From positions 124,001 through 188,000 of the forward strand of contig CAJNYD010000058.1 in assembly GCA_905331295.1 (NCBI GenBank): a DNA stretch of 64,000 bases, in the 5' to 3' direction. The DNA is from Rotaria socialis. Lineage: Eukaryota. Positions 37,729 to 53,285 of this stretch are shown here, one piece after another (within the stretch, counting starts at the first letter, position 1; each line of letters begins with the position of its first letter). Position numbers and translations under genes: made by a program. Below the pieces are notes generated by a model. That model worked only from the letters and a program-made list of their open reading frames with translations, was not told where the DNA came from and did not search any database.

Positions 37729-38109
37729 GCCGCCATGGTTGAGTGGATATGTTATTCGACACATATTCACAACGTACTGTGTTCAAGCCACAGTCTCACC
37801 AATCATGAAATAACCCTGAACAAGTTACTAACGGCTAATTGTTCCGGATGACTCATCCGATAGCGTATCCATTATATCATTAGTCAGTATGCAGAGTCAA
37901 AGCAATAACTTCAACATAGATGTCACGGCCACGTGATCCTATGATGATCGCCAACCCATAATCATTAACGGGGGAAGCGTTGGACGAATGGGGTGCAGAT
38001 ACCGTCGTCTGTAAAAGAGAAAAAACGATAGAACCTGGCTGCTTGTGGACCCTTTAGCGCCGGCCCCAACGGGCAATAAGCCTATGGGAGATATTATTAT
38101 TATTATTAT
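37729..38109 (+). mobile_element. tRNA-derived SINE with CORE-like segment, copy 2
   Basis: Highly similar to 33170-33548 over the full length. Has its own 15-bp TSD, TATATAACCTTATGA (37714-37728) / TATATAATCTTACGA (38110-38124). Confidence 0.8.
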
Positions 38110-39214
38110 TATATAATCTTACGAGGATGACCTTTAAGTTTTTTTTTCTGTAAAATCGCTTAACTATTTGCACGCAAATGAAACTATTTTCAAATAAAAT
38201 ACTAAAGAATTGCTTGCAAAAGACCCTTGTGATGCCTTGATGAGGATCAGAGACGCAACTGATAAAAATGCCAGATGCCACAGTATTGGTTATGGCAGAA
38301 TAACAGCAATAAAAATTAAATAGTATTGAATATTGGATGAAGATCCAATTGTTTATTCAATGAATAGAACTAGTCGTGAATAAGAAGAACTCTACAAGCA
38401 AGTAGCTGACATGAGTTCGAACGATTGTAAGGGACAATCGAATTTGATTGATTGTAATGAACAATCAAGTTGAAAGGAAAAGGTAATATGTAATTAATCA
38501 AAAATATAATTCTTTTTGATAGAGAAGACGAATATTTGTATATCTCAGTGAAGAGAGATATATGAAGAAGTTTGCAGAAGCTTGAAGAAGAAAAAAGAGA
38601 AGAATAATTATCATATATCATTTTCTTGAGTACAAGCGCGAAAAACGAAAAAGTGCCAATATTGAAAATAATAAAAAGAGAGAATAATACAGGGGAGAAA
38701 AAAACATACATGATATAACAAACATCAAGATAAGATCAGTGACGTTGCTGCCGTCACAACCTTTTCTTGTTTGAAATCATCAAAAAGCAGACTTTGAATT
38801 ATAATTAAAATTTTGTTTTGGAGACCAGTAAACAAGGGTAAAATTTATTTGTTGTAAACAAATAAATTTTTGTTAACACTTCACTTATATTTTATACGAT
38901 ACTAATCTTTTTCAATCCTATATTCAATATTGTTATCAACTTATGTTCGGTTGTATCTCGGTGTTGCAAAAAATTTAAAAAAAAACTTGACAGCTACAAA
39001 ACAAAATGTACATGTGAATTAAAATATTACTTACAATTTATTGATGTTTCAGATGGTGAAATAGAAAAGAAATGACCTTGCAAAATTAATTCTTTTTAGA
39101 TAGCTTTTTGTAGGGATGGAAGCCCTAAACTAACAATCAAGGTATATATATATATAAGTAATCATTCAGCCAAAGAATTTTGAGAACATTTTAATGGGGA
39201 AAGAAATAAAAAAA

Positions 39215-40162
39215 GCTTTTCAGCGCAGCCTCGTTGGGGCTAAAATGTGGAACTCACATATTTCGGTCGGTTAGATACTGATCAAATAGAAGTTTTATTT
39301 TTTCAGTGAAGTGAGATCATGTTTTGTTCAAAAATAAGATCATAAAATCTTTTTAATATTTGAAGTTTATTGAATCTATCAATAGGAAATATTACTAGAG
39401 AGAACGTATAAAAACAAAAACTTTTTGTTTAGAATATGTCAGTATGCTGTAGTGTTTAGTGGTTTCATTGAGAAATATTGTGAATGATAATAGTTTAAAC
39501 AGTATTTAGTATATAGCTATCAATATTGTTGAGAAATTTATATTTTTTCGTATTATCAGGTGAGAAATTGATACATTTTTTCATAAATAAAAATTTGATA
39601 AAAGCTTCCCAGTGGATGGAAAATTTGCGAATTGTAAAGTGGATTCAAGCTCTAGATTAAGGTATTTGTGTGAGAAAAAAAAAGATTAAAATCTTCATCT
39701 GTTTATTGTACGTGGTAGAAGTAACGAGTGTAATAGTAGCATAAACTATAGTTGCTAGCTTCTGTAGCGGTAGCATACACTCGTTGCTAACGTCTGTAAT
39801 AATAAAAATATATAATACTGTCGTAACTATGGACTATAACAATAAAAATATACGATACTGTCGTAACTATGAACTATAATAATAAAAACGCCAGATTTTG
39901 ATGATTAATTAGAGATGAAATCCTAATTATAATGATTTCTAATTAGTGAAACTAGATTTTTATTACTGATGTGAGTAGTGGTGAACATAGGCAACCGATC
40001 TGTATCAAGAAATTTCTAATTAGTGCATCTAAGTGTTAGTTATTTTATATTTTATGTCTGTAATAGGGAGGGGATGGGGTAGGGTACAGGGGAGCTGCAA
40101 AAACCTAACAATTCAACTTACACTCATTATTTTCTTCGAAAATATATGTGAGTTCCACAAAA
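39215..40162 (-). mobile_element. Helentron/DINE-like non-autonomous element
   Basis: 16-bp subterminal inverted repeats TGTGGAACTCACATAT (39246-39261) / ATATGTGAGTTCCACA (40144-40159). Hairpin AGCCTCGTTGGGGCT outside one subTIR. A/T-run flanks, internal ~40-bp tandem repeat and G-rich tract. Second copy at 866. Confidence 0.65.
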
Positions 40163-41997
40163 CAATCGCATTATCTACACTAGTTATATTGTCTAAATGT
40201 TCATCAACGTGATAAATGAAATCGTTTTTTTTCTACGGTTAGAAAAGTATCACTGCTCGATAAATTGTTTTTAGTTAATACCACATGTTTCAATAGATTG
40301 ATCTTGTAATGGATTTTGCGAAAAAAAGAACAGTCTTGTTCTGTCACATAAACTATTGATGACACGAAATTTAGAGAACAAAGCATATACGAACGATTTA
40401 CATACTGTTAGACAGCTATTATATAAGAAACTAACGTAGCAGCCATATTCATTTGACATTTGTGCTTTAGAAGAAAGAAGTATGCATAATGTAAAATAAA
40501 ATGTTACTAATGTAATAATAATATTTCACAAGCAGTCGATCCACTTACAGCTTGATTGCACCACTCTTTCTGTTTCTTGCTTTCTTTTTCTCTCTTGCAA
40601 ATGGCGACTTCCAGCATGCTACCTCAAAAGCAATTTGAAATTGAAGGAAACCTCATCATTAGAAATGGCACTAGGAAACATAAAAGGTCATTGTTTAACT
40701 CATATGAATCCATTAGAAATTTGCAGTCTATTACTTCCAAATAAAACTCCATCCATTTTCATAAACTTAGCATGAGAATTAGATAAATACCTGATCGGTG
40801 ACAAAAATTATAATTTCTAGCAGAAAAACGATTCTTAGACCAAAATTGACTGCCGACCGAATAGATACATCCAAAAAGTGAAAAATGATGACTAATTCAA
40901 AGTAAGACAATTCATTATTTTTATCTATGCTGAATCAGTAGCACGAAAGATGATACTTCATTAGAAAAAACCATCTGGGCTAATATGAAAAATGTCAATG
41001 AAAAATGTCAATGAAGATCACAGTATGAATGAGTGCTATATTATATGCATTCCATGAAGGTTTTCTATTTGCACGTAAATTGAATTAATTTAGTGGGATA
41101 ATGAAAACCGATAAGAATAATGCTCATTTCTAGAGAAAAATGATTCTGAAGCATACATTTATCTAGTAACACGTAGAATAAATATTTTATTGTGGATTTA
41201 TAATAAATGAATGTTTGACACTTTCACTTAGAAGATAACAGTATCTGGACGGTAAAACGAGAAGCTGGTTGGAAAATGTGTATCAACCGTAGATCTAGTG
41301 GAATATCAGTCCTAACTGCTTATTTGAATTGATAGTGCATTATGCCCTCTCTATAGTGGACACTCTTCGGTCTTTTTCAATATCCAGTACTCAGTCAAAC
41401 AAAAAATAAAAAATAACGCGTTAAAACGCGTCGAAATTTTAACGACAAAAAATTCTGAAAAACCGCACATTTTTTGGATTTTCTTCCATTAAAGTTTATC
41501 CATACGTTTTATTTTGTTCAAAATTTTAACGGGGTGTGGGTGTGGAGTGTGGGGGTATATAAGCAAGACACACACCCTCACCCTCAAGAAAGAAAAGTTT
41601 TCCTATTCTCATATTCTAACAGGAAACTCATCAAGATAATTATAATTCGAAATTTGAATTCGAAAAAAATGTTTACCTATTTTCCTATTCTAACGAGTAG
41701 ATGTCTAATTCGAGTTCGAAAATAAATGGAGAAAACGCCACTTCCATGTTATTTTAGCTAAGCAGCAAAAGAAAAAATTTCATTTACAAATCTATAAATT
41801 TCGAAGGCACCCACCCATGTTAATCGCAACAAAAAATGAAAAAGAAAAAGTTTCATTTATAAATTTCGACGGCACCTTATAAATGAAACTTTTTCTTCTG
41901 CTTCTTTGCTACAATTAACATGGATGTGGTCGTTTTTTATTTATATTCGAAGTGGTAATGATTAGTTCATTTTCCATTTATAATCGAATTCGAATTA

Positions 41998-42269
41998 CCC
42001 TAGTCAACTCTCCCTAGAAGAATCCCCAGGGAGTCCCTAGGGATTTCGTTCTTTTTCGGTGATTCCCTTGGGACTCCCCGGGGGAGCTGTCTGGAGAAAA
42101 TGGATGAAATATCTAATTACTAGTAAATCCTTCTTAATTTTTTAAAATTTTTCAAAACTAAAAAGTTTTTTTTTCATTTTGAAAAATTTCATCGATTTTC
42201 CCCAGAGAAATCCTCGGGGACTCACGACAGGGGCTCCCCGGATAGTCGTCGAGGGAGAGTGGATTAGGG
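41998..42269. mobile_element. MITE with CCC termini and TA TSD
   Basis: TIR CCCTAGTCAACTCTCCCT / AGGGAGAGTGGATTAGGG, TA on both sides, palindromic interior. Confidence 0.75.
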
Positions 42270-42461
42270 TAGGCAACTCATGGGTGGATCGGAGCTGATG
42301 AAAATTTTGGAAAATTTCGTTTATATTCGAACTTGACTTAGGCAGCTACTCATACATTTTCTCCTCCTTGCTTAATTGTAGTGGATTCTGCCTAATGCTC
42401 TGCTTCTCTTATTAATGATATTATACTGATGCAAATGATGCAAATGATAAAATGTCACCGT

Positions 42462-42665
42462 CAGCGGCCGCGCGGCCCGCGGGCGGAGGAGGGGGGTCCC
42501 TCCCCCCCCCCCCCAACAATTAAAATTTTTGATTTTTCTCAAGCGAAAAGAGCAGCTTTTTCTGCATTTTACGTTTTTACTGCAAGATTTCGCTGTAAAT
42601 ACACCTTTACACCCCACCAATCTTCGTTACACCCCCCTAATATTTGGTCCTTCGCGCGGCCCCTG
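42462..42665. mobile_element. hAT-type MITE (204 bp)
   Basis: TIR CAGCGGCCGCGCG / CGCGCGGCCCCTG (12/13). Perfect 8-bp TSD GTCACCGT at 42454-42461 and 42666-42673. Confidence 0.88.
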
Positions 42666-43699
42666 GTCACCGTACATATATTCACCTCGTCTGTTCAAGA
42701 CAACGTATGTGTTCTTTCTCTCTCATCAGAATGTAGGTTTTCATCATGCTGTTCGTTCGATCAACAACGAAGAGTTACTATATTGAATGACCAATGATAA
42801 CTGCACGACATTCGCTTCGAATTCATAGCCCATTGTTACGGTGATGTCACACGTCGACGTCATAGCATTATTTTCTTTATATCCTCTATCTTCTTTCTCA
42901 TCTTCTGTAATCACTATTGGTATTCTCTCTTCTCTTCTTGTTATATACATATACATGTTATCGCTATTTTTGGTTATTCATTCCTATGAAATAAAGATCG
43001 TGTGTCCACGTACGCGTACATATATCGACAGAACAAATTTAAAGAAGATAAACTGTAACAATCATATTCACTACTGAGACGTTATTTATGAGAATGTGAT
43101 CATAAACAAGTATCTGCTATAAGGAGCTGTCCTCTACACAGATAGAAGTTCAATTCCAGCAAAAAATGTTTTGTTGGATGATGAAGAGTTCACTAATAGA
43201 AATCTTACTATATCAGAAGCTCAACATTAGAACAGAATAGCAGTACGACCAGTTCTTGTATCTAGTATAATTTATAAAGAATGAGTTATCGGTATGAGGT
43301 GTGAAAATGATTCCAATCTACAATCTCCAGTAGTTTTCACATAGCATAGTTTTCACTGGTTCGTTCAGTCTCTCTAGTTGAGCGTAATATAAAGAGATAA
43401 TTCGTTTAAAGGGTTAAAAAGAAAGCATTTGAAGAACAAGAATGTTGAGAACGAGAAAAAACGAGATTGATAAATATCATTAATTCGATTTTTACGTTGC
43501 ATGGAAGAGGTTGTTGCCGAACTCATTTCTTTTCCGAACAGTAAAGAAAGAAAAACTAAATTTGTACGTACTGTGCACACATTTGCGATCCTACATTAAC
43601 AGGAAGAGAAAATTTTCATTTTGTGATCTAAACATTGTTCCACTTGAAAGGAGCATTCATCTCACCGATTGATTTGTTGACAGTGTAGAACGATACAAT

Positions 43700-45430
43700 T
43701 TGACGTGTCAGCCGAAGGAATGAACGGCGACGGCAGGGCAACAATTTTCAATTTTTGAAGATTGCCAGCGGCTCCTTTTTTTGAATGAGTAATGTCTTCA
43801 GCGGCGGCTGCTACAAATTCTTAAATTTTTTACCACAGCGGCGGCGCCGGCTGATATTTGCAAATCCTGATGTGACGGCGGCGGCTCAGTTAACTAGATG
43901 GTGTTCGAGTTTCACTCGAAAACGAAACGCGGTGCGAAGCACGATGTACGAGTTAGCATAAAAACTATCTCATAGAATAAATATGAGTAATTTTTTGCAT
44001 GATCGGTAGTCAATTAGTTAGTTCCTAACAATTTTACACTGTTTGAAAAATATCCGTCTGTTTCACATATTGTCAAGCGAAAAAATCATAATGTGTTTGA
44101 TCAGATGACTATTAGTCAAGACTATGTGAAAAATGGTAATAATAAAATTCATCATTATGGTGAAAAAAAACCATCATTCTTTAGAGCAATTTCGATATAA
44201 TGTCTCGTTATAACTAGGTGAGGATGAGTCGATTAGTCGAACTAAGTGAGGTATTAAAACAATCAAAACACGTAGTGATTCTAAACAGATTTAAACTAAG
44301 CGATTTTTTTTCTATATTTAATCGTTTTGATAAAATGTATCAAATTTTACATTCAAACAATTTCAAAAACCTAGAAAAATAGTACGCTGTAAGATGTAAA
44401 TGATTGACAATTGCAGACTTTTGATGCATTGTTTCTTTTTTATTTATTTTCATTAATCAGAATAACGAAAAAAATTTGTAATAGTCTCCTGCAAACTTCT
44501 CATAATTAATCGAAAAGATGTCAGTAATTGTACATAGACGCGCATTAATAGTGCTAGCGATAATTAATCGCTGCTAGGACCAGTGACAAGTCTCTGTATG
44601 CTCGGCTCGACTTAATGAAAATGAAATCCACAGATTATTAGTAATATCCGGTTTTTACTCTGGGCGAACGAAAGGTTTAAAACCAAAGCGGGCAAAATTT
44701 GGTACCTCTTCGGATCTTAACGATTCTAATGACGTTTCAATCACTGTTAAGCGATGTGTCATTCTCAAGATCATCGCGACAGAAAATATCGAGCTTGGAT
44801 GCGTAGGTAGAGAAAGAAAAATAGATGGTATTCAAGTTTCACTCGAATACGAAATGCGATGCGAAGCTCGAATCGGATCTTCACGAAAAATCTTCAATTC
44901 AGAGAAATCTTAAATACTTTTTATGTCGACATGATNNNNNNNNNNNNNNNNNNNNNNNNNNNNNNNNNNNNNNNNNNNNNNNNNNNNNNNNNNNNNNNNN
45001 NNNNNNNNNNNNNNNNNNNNNNNNNNNNNNNNNNNNNNNNNNNNNNNNNNNNNNNNNNNNNNNNNNNAAAAAAAAACTCGCGACGGGGTACATAAATGCT
45101 TCTGCTTCGCATCGCATTAAAAAAAACTCGCGACGGACTACATAAATGCTTGTGCTTCGCATCGCATTAAAAATCTTTCGCGACGCATCGCTATACAGTA
45201 CAGTGCTTCGCGCCGTAAAGATTCACTGATGAGAAAGAAAAAAAAAATGTTCGATTCGATCGCAGATGAATTGATGCCAGCGGCGGTGGATGACGCTATC
45301 AAAAATGTTTATCTCTTGCAGCGGCGCAACGGCTAAACTTGTTTTTTTGCAGCGGTGGCTCTCCAAAAATTCTTAAAATTATCAGTAATTTAGTGGCTGC
45401 GGCTGCTCAGTCGTACGGCTGACACCTCTA
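43700..45430. mobile_element. hAT-type non-autonomous element with nested insertions (spans gap)
   Basis: TIR TTGACGTGTCAGCCGAAGGAATGA / TCAGTCGTACGGCTGACACCTCTA. 8-bp TSD GATACAAT at 43692-43699 and 45431-45438. Subterminal GCGGCG repeats. Confidence 0.75.
45071..45190. repeat. 50-bp tandem repeat adjacent to gap
   Basis: AAAAAACTCGCGACGGnnTACATAAATGCTTnTGCTTCGCATCGCATTAA x2 plus a partial third copy. Probably the cause of the gap. Confidence 0.75.
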
Positions 45431-45811
45431 GATACAATGTGAAGAATATTAATTATACAAAGCAAACTTTGTTGGAGATTGGTATCAGTCATTTTATTTT
45501 CTCACTTATGTGTTACTCAAGATTCTTTGAAATATTCGACACCTTTGGTCATAAAAAAATTTTCAAAGTGTAAATATGTAGTAATTCAATAAATTTATTC
45601 ATCTAATTGTACGAATTGGATTTCTATCTGACTCACAGGTATACATATACAACGCACATGTGAAGAAAAAAAATAATAATAAATTTGCATTCAGTTGAAA
45701 AATAGTCATAGAAGTACATTTCCTGAAGATAACAAAAATAATCTATTTGACATGATTTGAGATTAACAAAAAAAAATATATGTATATATATGTATCTATC
45801 TGTACATCTGA

Positions 45812-49119
<3,308 letters not shown>

Positions 49120-49475
49120 CTAGAAAATGTTAAACACATTTTAATACTTTATACATACATACATACACATATATTCATTTTGTAATAGATTTTATTTCAT
49201 ACGAATAGCGACAGCAGAAATAATGAACATATACAAAAAACAACACGACACATAAACAACAGAATAAAAAAAAAATATTCTGTTGTTTCTTGTTTTTGTT
49301 TGTTTTTATGAATACAATCTCAAACACATGTACAAATGTGACAATACCAAGCAAAAAAATGTTTTACAAGCACTAGAGGAAATAATATAACACATGAACT
49401 ATGTTCAACACATAAACAGAAAAAAAAACAAAAAAAATGAAAAACGAAGTCTTTTCTGTATTTCCCTTAAAATTT

Positions 49476-52273
49476 TTATTTACGTAAAAGTAAACATGAT
49501 TTAAGAATTGTATCAATTAAATCCGGTTGTTTTGCCTTGAGTTCAGTCCAACCCTATACATCAATAATATTAATTAAATATTCGAATATCAACAAGCAAA
49601 CAAAAATCTTACTGTTGTTTCCATAACATTGCCTAAATTATTTGCAATATAATCACATGTTGTTTGTTTCAACATTTCCGATTTCATATTATCACTTAAC
49701 ATGAGCAATTCACTAAACAGACAAAAACAATATCATCAGTCAACTGATCTTAGATACAAACTCGTATGAAAAATACAACGATCGTATTCATTTCTCGAGA
49801 AAATGGCTCAAGTAAACAATATTTTTCTCCATACAAGACATTGTCATTAAGTATCCAACCGTATCGCACAACAAAATAGAAAAACAAATTTACGTACCAA
49901 GCATTATCAACACGAATAATATCTTTAAGATAATATTCAGCATAAGTTTTCAAATCAGGCATTTCATAATTAGCCGCAATTGTTAATAAATCGATGACAA
50001 GTGTGTGCGAGATACCAGCACCTGGTACACCCAATTTTTTAATACCACCCGTATACACATATTCAAGAAAGAAGAGAATTGTTTTCCGATCAATATCATT
50101 AATATCGATTGTAAGAAGTGATGAATCTTCAGCACCAGTAGCTCCTTGTGTTTCTGTTTCCATACTTTCGCTAGTCGTGTTAGCTGTGGAAGCAGTTGCA
50201 CGTTTACCATGACGACTGAAAATAATAATAACTTAAATTTATTCCGTTTCCTCCTATTGGTAAACTTACGTTGGTTTAGCCGGTGGACTAACAGCTGTTG
50301 GATGAACTGTTGCAGTTTCTTTTTCTTTTATCATTCGTGCAAGTACATTGGAACGAAGACCAAGAATAAGTTTGTGAACGCTATATAATTCATTTCCACA
50401 TCGTAAGTACATATCACACATACGTTTTTCTAAATAAGCTGTATAGAATAATGTTGGCCAATATGTTGCTGGATCTTCACTAATCGATGCGGTTGCGCTT
50501 GGTTTATTTAAACTTGTACGTGGCAATGCAACCAATGGTCGTGAAATATATTTTCGTTCATCAATCGATTGTCGTTCAAGAATCTTAATTTGACAATATA
50601 AACGAAGTTCATTACCTGGAAATAATTGTTGCTGAGCTTGTAATAATGTTGAATGTTTAATAAAATCACCAACACCCCAACGTTCGCCCGGTGCTAACAC
50701 ATGCGATGGTAATTGTTTAGTATTGACACGACGCCCACGTGCATCAATAAGTGAAAAACGAATAACGACACGAACACTTGGACCAAACGTATGTTCCAAA
50801 AAGACTGATAATGATTCTTTGAAACGTTCAGTTTTACCACTTGGATAAAGTATAAGAGACCATTGATGAGGTGGAATATCATTTTGCGGTGTTGTTGTTG
50901 TTGTCGTCGTCGTTGCTGCTGCTTTATTTTCATTTGTATTAGCACCATTTGTCATTTGTTCATCATCATCACCAGTTTGTTCTGGTGCAGCTGTCTGAAT
51001 GTTTGTTACATTACCTGGTCGTTGTTTATTAAATGTAAATTCACACGACTCAATAAAACTATTATTTGGCGATTCATTAACCAAAGTTGAGAATTTTTCA
51101 ATTTTCCACCGTAATTTCATTTTCATCACTTTTGATACAACACGTGAGGAACCTTCAACCATTTTCGATGTGCTTGTCTTCATACTACGCTTAGCTATGT
51201 CATCAATAGACATTAATTCAATGCTTATTATTAAATGATCTTTGGAATCTTTGTATAGTTGTTCACACAGAGCTCGTGACATTTTCATAATAACTAGTTC
51301 GTCAGTTATATTACCACCGCAATCATGAACAGTTTCAGTATGAAATATACGACCCTAAAAATAAAAATATTTTCCTTACAAATATATTTTTTTTCACTCT
51401 AAAATATGATTCTACTTGTGGGTTGGAAAAATTGATTAGAGCCCGAAAGTAAACTTGAAGTTGACGTGACGATGTATTCATCAATGATGATGCAATATGA
51501 TTTGGATTATTTGATCCTTGTCCATTTGCTGTACCTGTAGAAGCATTCGATGGGTGTTGAGATGCAACATGAGATGGACACAATGATAAATAGAATTGTG
51601 TTGTTGAATCATCATCAGTTGTTGAAGCACCACCTGTTGATGGTTGATTTTGTTGTTCCTTTGATAAACGTTGATGACCTTTTGGATAGAGACGTAGTGT
51701 CCAGAATTCCTTTTGCAAGTCATATGGTGGAAATTCTTCACTTTGAATCATATCACCACATTCATACCTTGACAAATGAAAAACAAAACATGGAATTAAA
51801 GAAGATACATATCGACTTTCTTGCGTACATTTGTGGATAAAAATCTTCTACAGTCCATTCGAATCGTACATGTGAAACATTCTCAATTGTTGTACACAAC
51901 ATATCTGCCTCGTTGGTTGGAATAGCTTTAGCTACACTTGCTACTGATGGATTTGATGATGACGATGATAATTGTCCTTCGTTTTGTTCATCACCTGCAC
52001 CTGTTGCTTCTTCAGCAATACCTTCGCCACCTTGTTGTTGAACAGATCCAATGTCATTAACACTTCCTTTACCTACACCTTGATCAGAAAGACCGGCTGC
52101 TTCACATACATCGGATATTTGTCTTTGAGAACAAAGGCTATCGGCTCTAAAACGAAACGAATTACATATTGATTATAGAATGGTTTTGCTGCTTCTTACG
52201 TTTCCATTCCTTGAGGTCCTGCTGTTTCTTCAATTTGTGCACCACCTGATCGTCGTAAATTTTTTCGTGACAT
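49476..52273 (-). CDS. SPOP-like Cullin3 adaptor with two tandem MATH domains + BTB + BACK-like tail, multi-exon
   Basis: MATH1 RFEWTVEDF...QSEEF...WTLRLYPKG; MATH2 LRWKIEKFS...WSLILYPSG...LSVFL...WGVGDFI; BTB CDMYLRCG...VHKLILGLRSNV...FLEYVYTG; ends VMETT|GWTELKAKQPDLI...RK*. Confidence 0.85.
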
Positions 52274-52435
52274 TAAACGTCAATACAAACAAGTGAATCA
52301 ATTAATAATCTACAAATAAATGATCAATTTTTTTACCCTTCTGCAGTAACAATTTTCACAAAAAAAATTCAATTTTATTGAAAGAACCTTTTTTTTTCGG
52401 ACTAAATGCAGACGATCTGCTTTCGCATCAATGTT

Positions 52436-53034
52436 TTACAATTCGATTGGGCTACTCAATTTATGCCAAATAAGCATATAGACACAAGTAAAAACCATAT
52501 TATAAAGTGAACCCCATGCCAAATCCTGTAAAAGTAATGAAATCGGATAGCGACTTCCAAAAATAGCACGTGTAGTACAGTTGTAAACACCATAAACAAC
52601 AAAACTACACAAATAAAATTGTATTTCATCTCAATAATAATACTTATGTACAAATATACCCATAGAGAAAGCCAGCTACGAGTCCACTTAACGCGCTAGA
52701 TGATACTGTTGACCATGATGCTGAACGTTGTTTAAGTCGATCGAAATAGGCTTTAGCTAATTGTACAGTAATAAAATACCAACCGACAGCCATGACTTAA
52801 ATGTTGAAAGATAAATATTTCATTATTTTGTCTTTTATTTTATTGGAATTATAGTCACTAACTTATATAGCAAATCAATGCAGCCACGGTGTCAATTTCC
52901 ATTTTTTCTTTTTGAATATCTTGAACAATTTTTGCATAGCGATTTTTTGCCAGGAAAATGTAAAGAAAATCGAAACATACATAAATGATGCAGGCCACAA
53001 CGGGCAGAATAACGTTTGTTAGACGGCTATTCAT
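52436..53034 (-). CDS. DUF2177-like small membrane protein, 3 exons (introns 52862-52796, 52659-52605)
   Basis: Spliced product MNSRL...YVCFDFLYIFL..NRYAKIVQDIQ...AALICYI|IMAVGWYFI...AGFLYG|FVVYGVYNCTTRAIFGSRYPISLLLQDLAWGSL...EL* has the D..Y / G..VYGVY..T..A / D..WG pattern of DUF2177. Confidence 0.75.
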
Positions 53035-53285
53035 TGTGGAAGATAAAGTTTGATTTGATGTCAAGAAGAAAAAAACAAACGATAAAGAGAGGCTTTTGTT
53101 TGTCTTAAATGTTCTTTGTTCGTATTCGAACCAATAGTTCGTGAGATGATTTGCCTCCCTAAAAAATAATAGATGTCACCCACTGTTGACTTGCAACTAA
53201 AAGACATACTGCAATCATGAGAACTAGTTCGCGCTTATTGTTACCTTTCTTTTAGTGTTGTTATTTTTTCTATATGAATTAATTG

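Noticed and set aside
33170..38109. Direct repeats as LTRs or a composite transposon carrying RNase III + FkbM
   Set aside because: Each repeat has its own distinct TSD, pol III boxes and a simple-repeat tail, with no TG..CA ends. They are independent SINE insertions.
38370..38711. 113-aa hydrophobic ORF
   Set aside because: F/S/I-rich translation of low-complexity AT-rich DNA with no motif support.
42372..42797. Overlapping ORFs of 82-122 aa
   Set aside because: By-products of the GC-rich hAT MITE at 42462-42665.
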